NCBI GenBank assembly: GCA_902529935.1
Contig: CABZYK010000003.1
Span: 64,787 to 128,786 of the forward strand
Direction of reading: 5' to 3'
DNA from: an uncultured SAR86 cluster bacterium
GTDB taxonomy: Bacteria > Pseudomonadota > Gammaproteobacteria > Magnimaribacterales > AG-339-G14
Length of the DNA: 64,000 bases
Position numbers and translations under genes: made by a program. Below the pieces are notes generated by a model, which saw nothing but the letters and a program-made list of their open reading frames with translations, ran no database searches and was not told where the DNA came from. Positions 63,451-64,000 of the stretch are shown here, in pieces. Every line of letters starts with the position of its first letter. Position 1 is the first letter of the stretch.

Positions 63451-64000
63451 ATGATTAAAAAAGTTATATTCATCTCAATTCTCTTTTTATCTGGAGCTAT
63501 TTTCGCCGCATCTGAAAAAGCTGGTGAAGTGAAGCCATTACCGAAAGGCGATCCAGTAAGAGGAGAAAAACTAGTCGGTTCTTGTGCTGCTTGTCATGGC
63601 GCTGATGGAAACAGCTTAGTGGGCATGTGGCCAACATTAGCCGGCCAAAGAGAACTTTATCTTTTCGATCAACTTCATCATATCCAAGAAGGTGAAAGGG
63701 TCATTGAATCCATGATGGGACTGCTCGATGGCTATAACGACGATGACTTAAGAGATATGGCTGCATACTATGCTTCACAAAAAATTAAAGTAGGCCAAGC
63801 GAGCGATGAAAACGTATTGCTTGGACAAACAATTTATCGAGCTGGAAATGCTGCATCTGGATTGCCGGCATGCACAGGGTGTCACGGTCCCCAAGGAAAA
63901 GGAGTTAATTCAGCAGGCTATCCTGCTCTTGGTGGTCAAAAAGCAGAATACGTTGTTACCAGTTTAGTGGCTTACAAAAATAAAACTCGTGGAAACGGTG
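63451..64000 (+). CDS. Di-haem cytochrome c4 (3' end outside window)
   Basis: Not in the ORF track because there is no stop in the window. My translation is MIKKVIFISILFLSGAIFA (signal), then two CxxCH sites (CAACHG at ~63583, CTGCHG at ~63871). Confidence 0.8.
   Translation, partial: MIKKVIFISILFLSGAIFAASEKAGEVKPLPKGDPVRGEKLVGSCAACHGADGNSLVGMWPTLAGQRELYLFDQLHHIQEGERVIESMMGLLDGYNDDDLRDMAAYYASQKIKVGQASDENVLLGQTIYRAGNAASGLPACTGCHGPQGKGVNSAGYPALGGQKAEYVVTSLVAYKNKTRGNG

Noticed and set aside
1-64000. Search for tRNA/rRNA genes, CRISPR arrays, integrases, transposases and IS inverted repeats.
   Set aside because: No GTTCGAATC-type T-arm context, no rRNA-like conserved blocks, no regularly spaced non-coding repeats, and no ORF with recombinase or transposase motifs were recognised. 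This was a by-eye scan, so short or degenerate elements could be missed.

Overview
This is a 64-kb, AT-rich, gene-dense bacterial chromosome segment. The right end has the order dsbB / polA / engB / cytochrome c4, which is typical of gammaproteobacteria (inference from synteny only). I recognised no rRNA, tRNA, CRISPR array, integrase or transposase.

Layout:
- 0-20 kb: metabolic and housekeeping genes. These are an aminotransferase, a cyclase-family protein, a GH5-like hydrolase, TetR, homocysteine S-methyltransferase, a DUF3604-like protein, SelO plus a kinase-like protein, an SRAP peptidase and an esterase. An array of secreted paralogs sits at 11.8-14.7 kb.
- 20-28 kb: two metal clusters. 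One is a CsoR-type operon. The other is a putative zinc-acquisition operon with a COG0523 GTPase and a TonB-dependent receptor carrying five His/Glu-rich cassettes.
- 28.5-34.5 kb: one long operon that encodes only exported proteins.
- ~34.7-59 kb: an accessory island, and the most interesting part of the window.

The centre of the island is a DISARM-like core (C5 cytosine methyltransferase, DrmA-like helicase, DUF1998 DrmB-like protein). It is embedded in an unusual five-gene operon led by a WYL-type regulator and an RmuC-family protein. I recognised no PLD DrmC.

That operon converges, across a 16-bp gap, on a second operon. The second operon encodes a Cas4-like PD-(D/E)XK nuclease, an orphan 1080-aa protein and a NERD + SF1 helicase.

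A palindromic operator-like motif, (C/T)GACA-N5-TGTC(G/A), occurs five times in four promoter regions of the island. This suggests that the DISARM-like operon, the nuclease/helicase operon and several small orphan operons form one regulon.

All family calls rest on motifs read by eye. No HMM or BLAST search was run. Several ORF-track starts use TTG/GTG, and I moved them to downstream ATG or GTG starts, several of them preceded by a Shine-Dalgarno sequence (SD).
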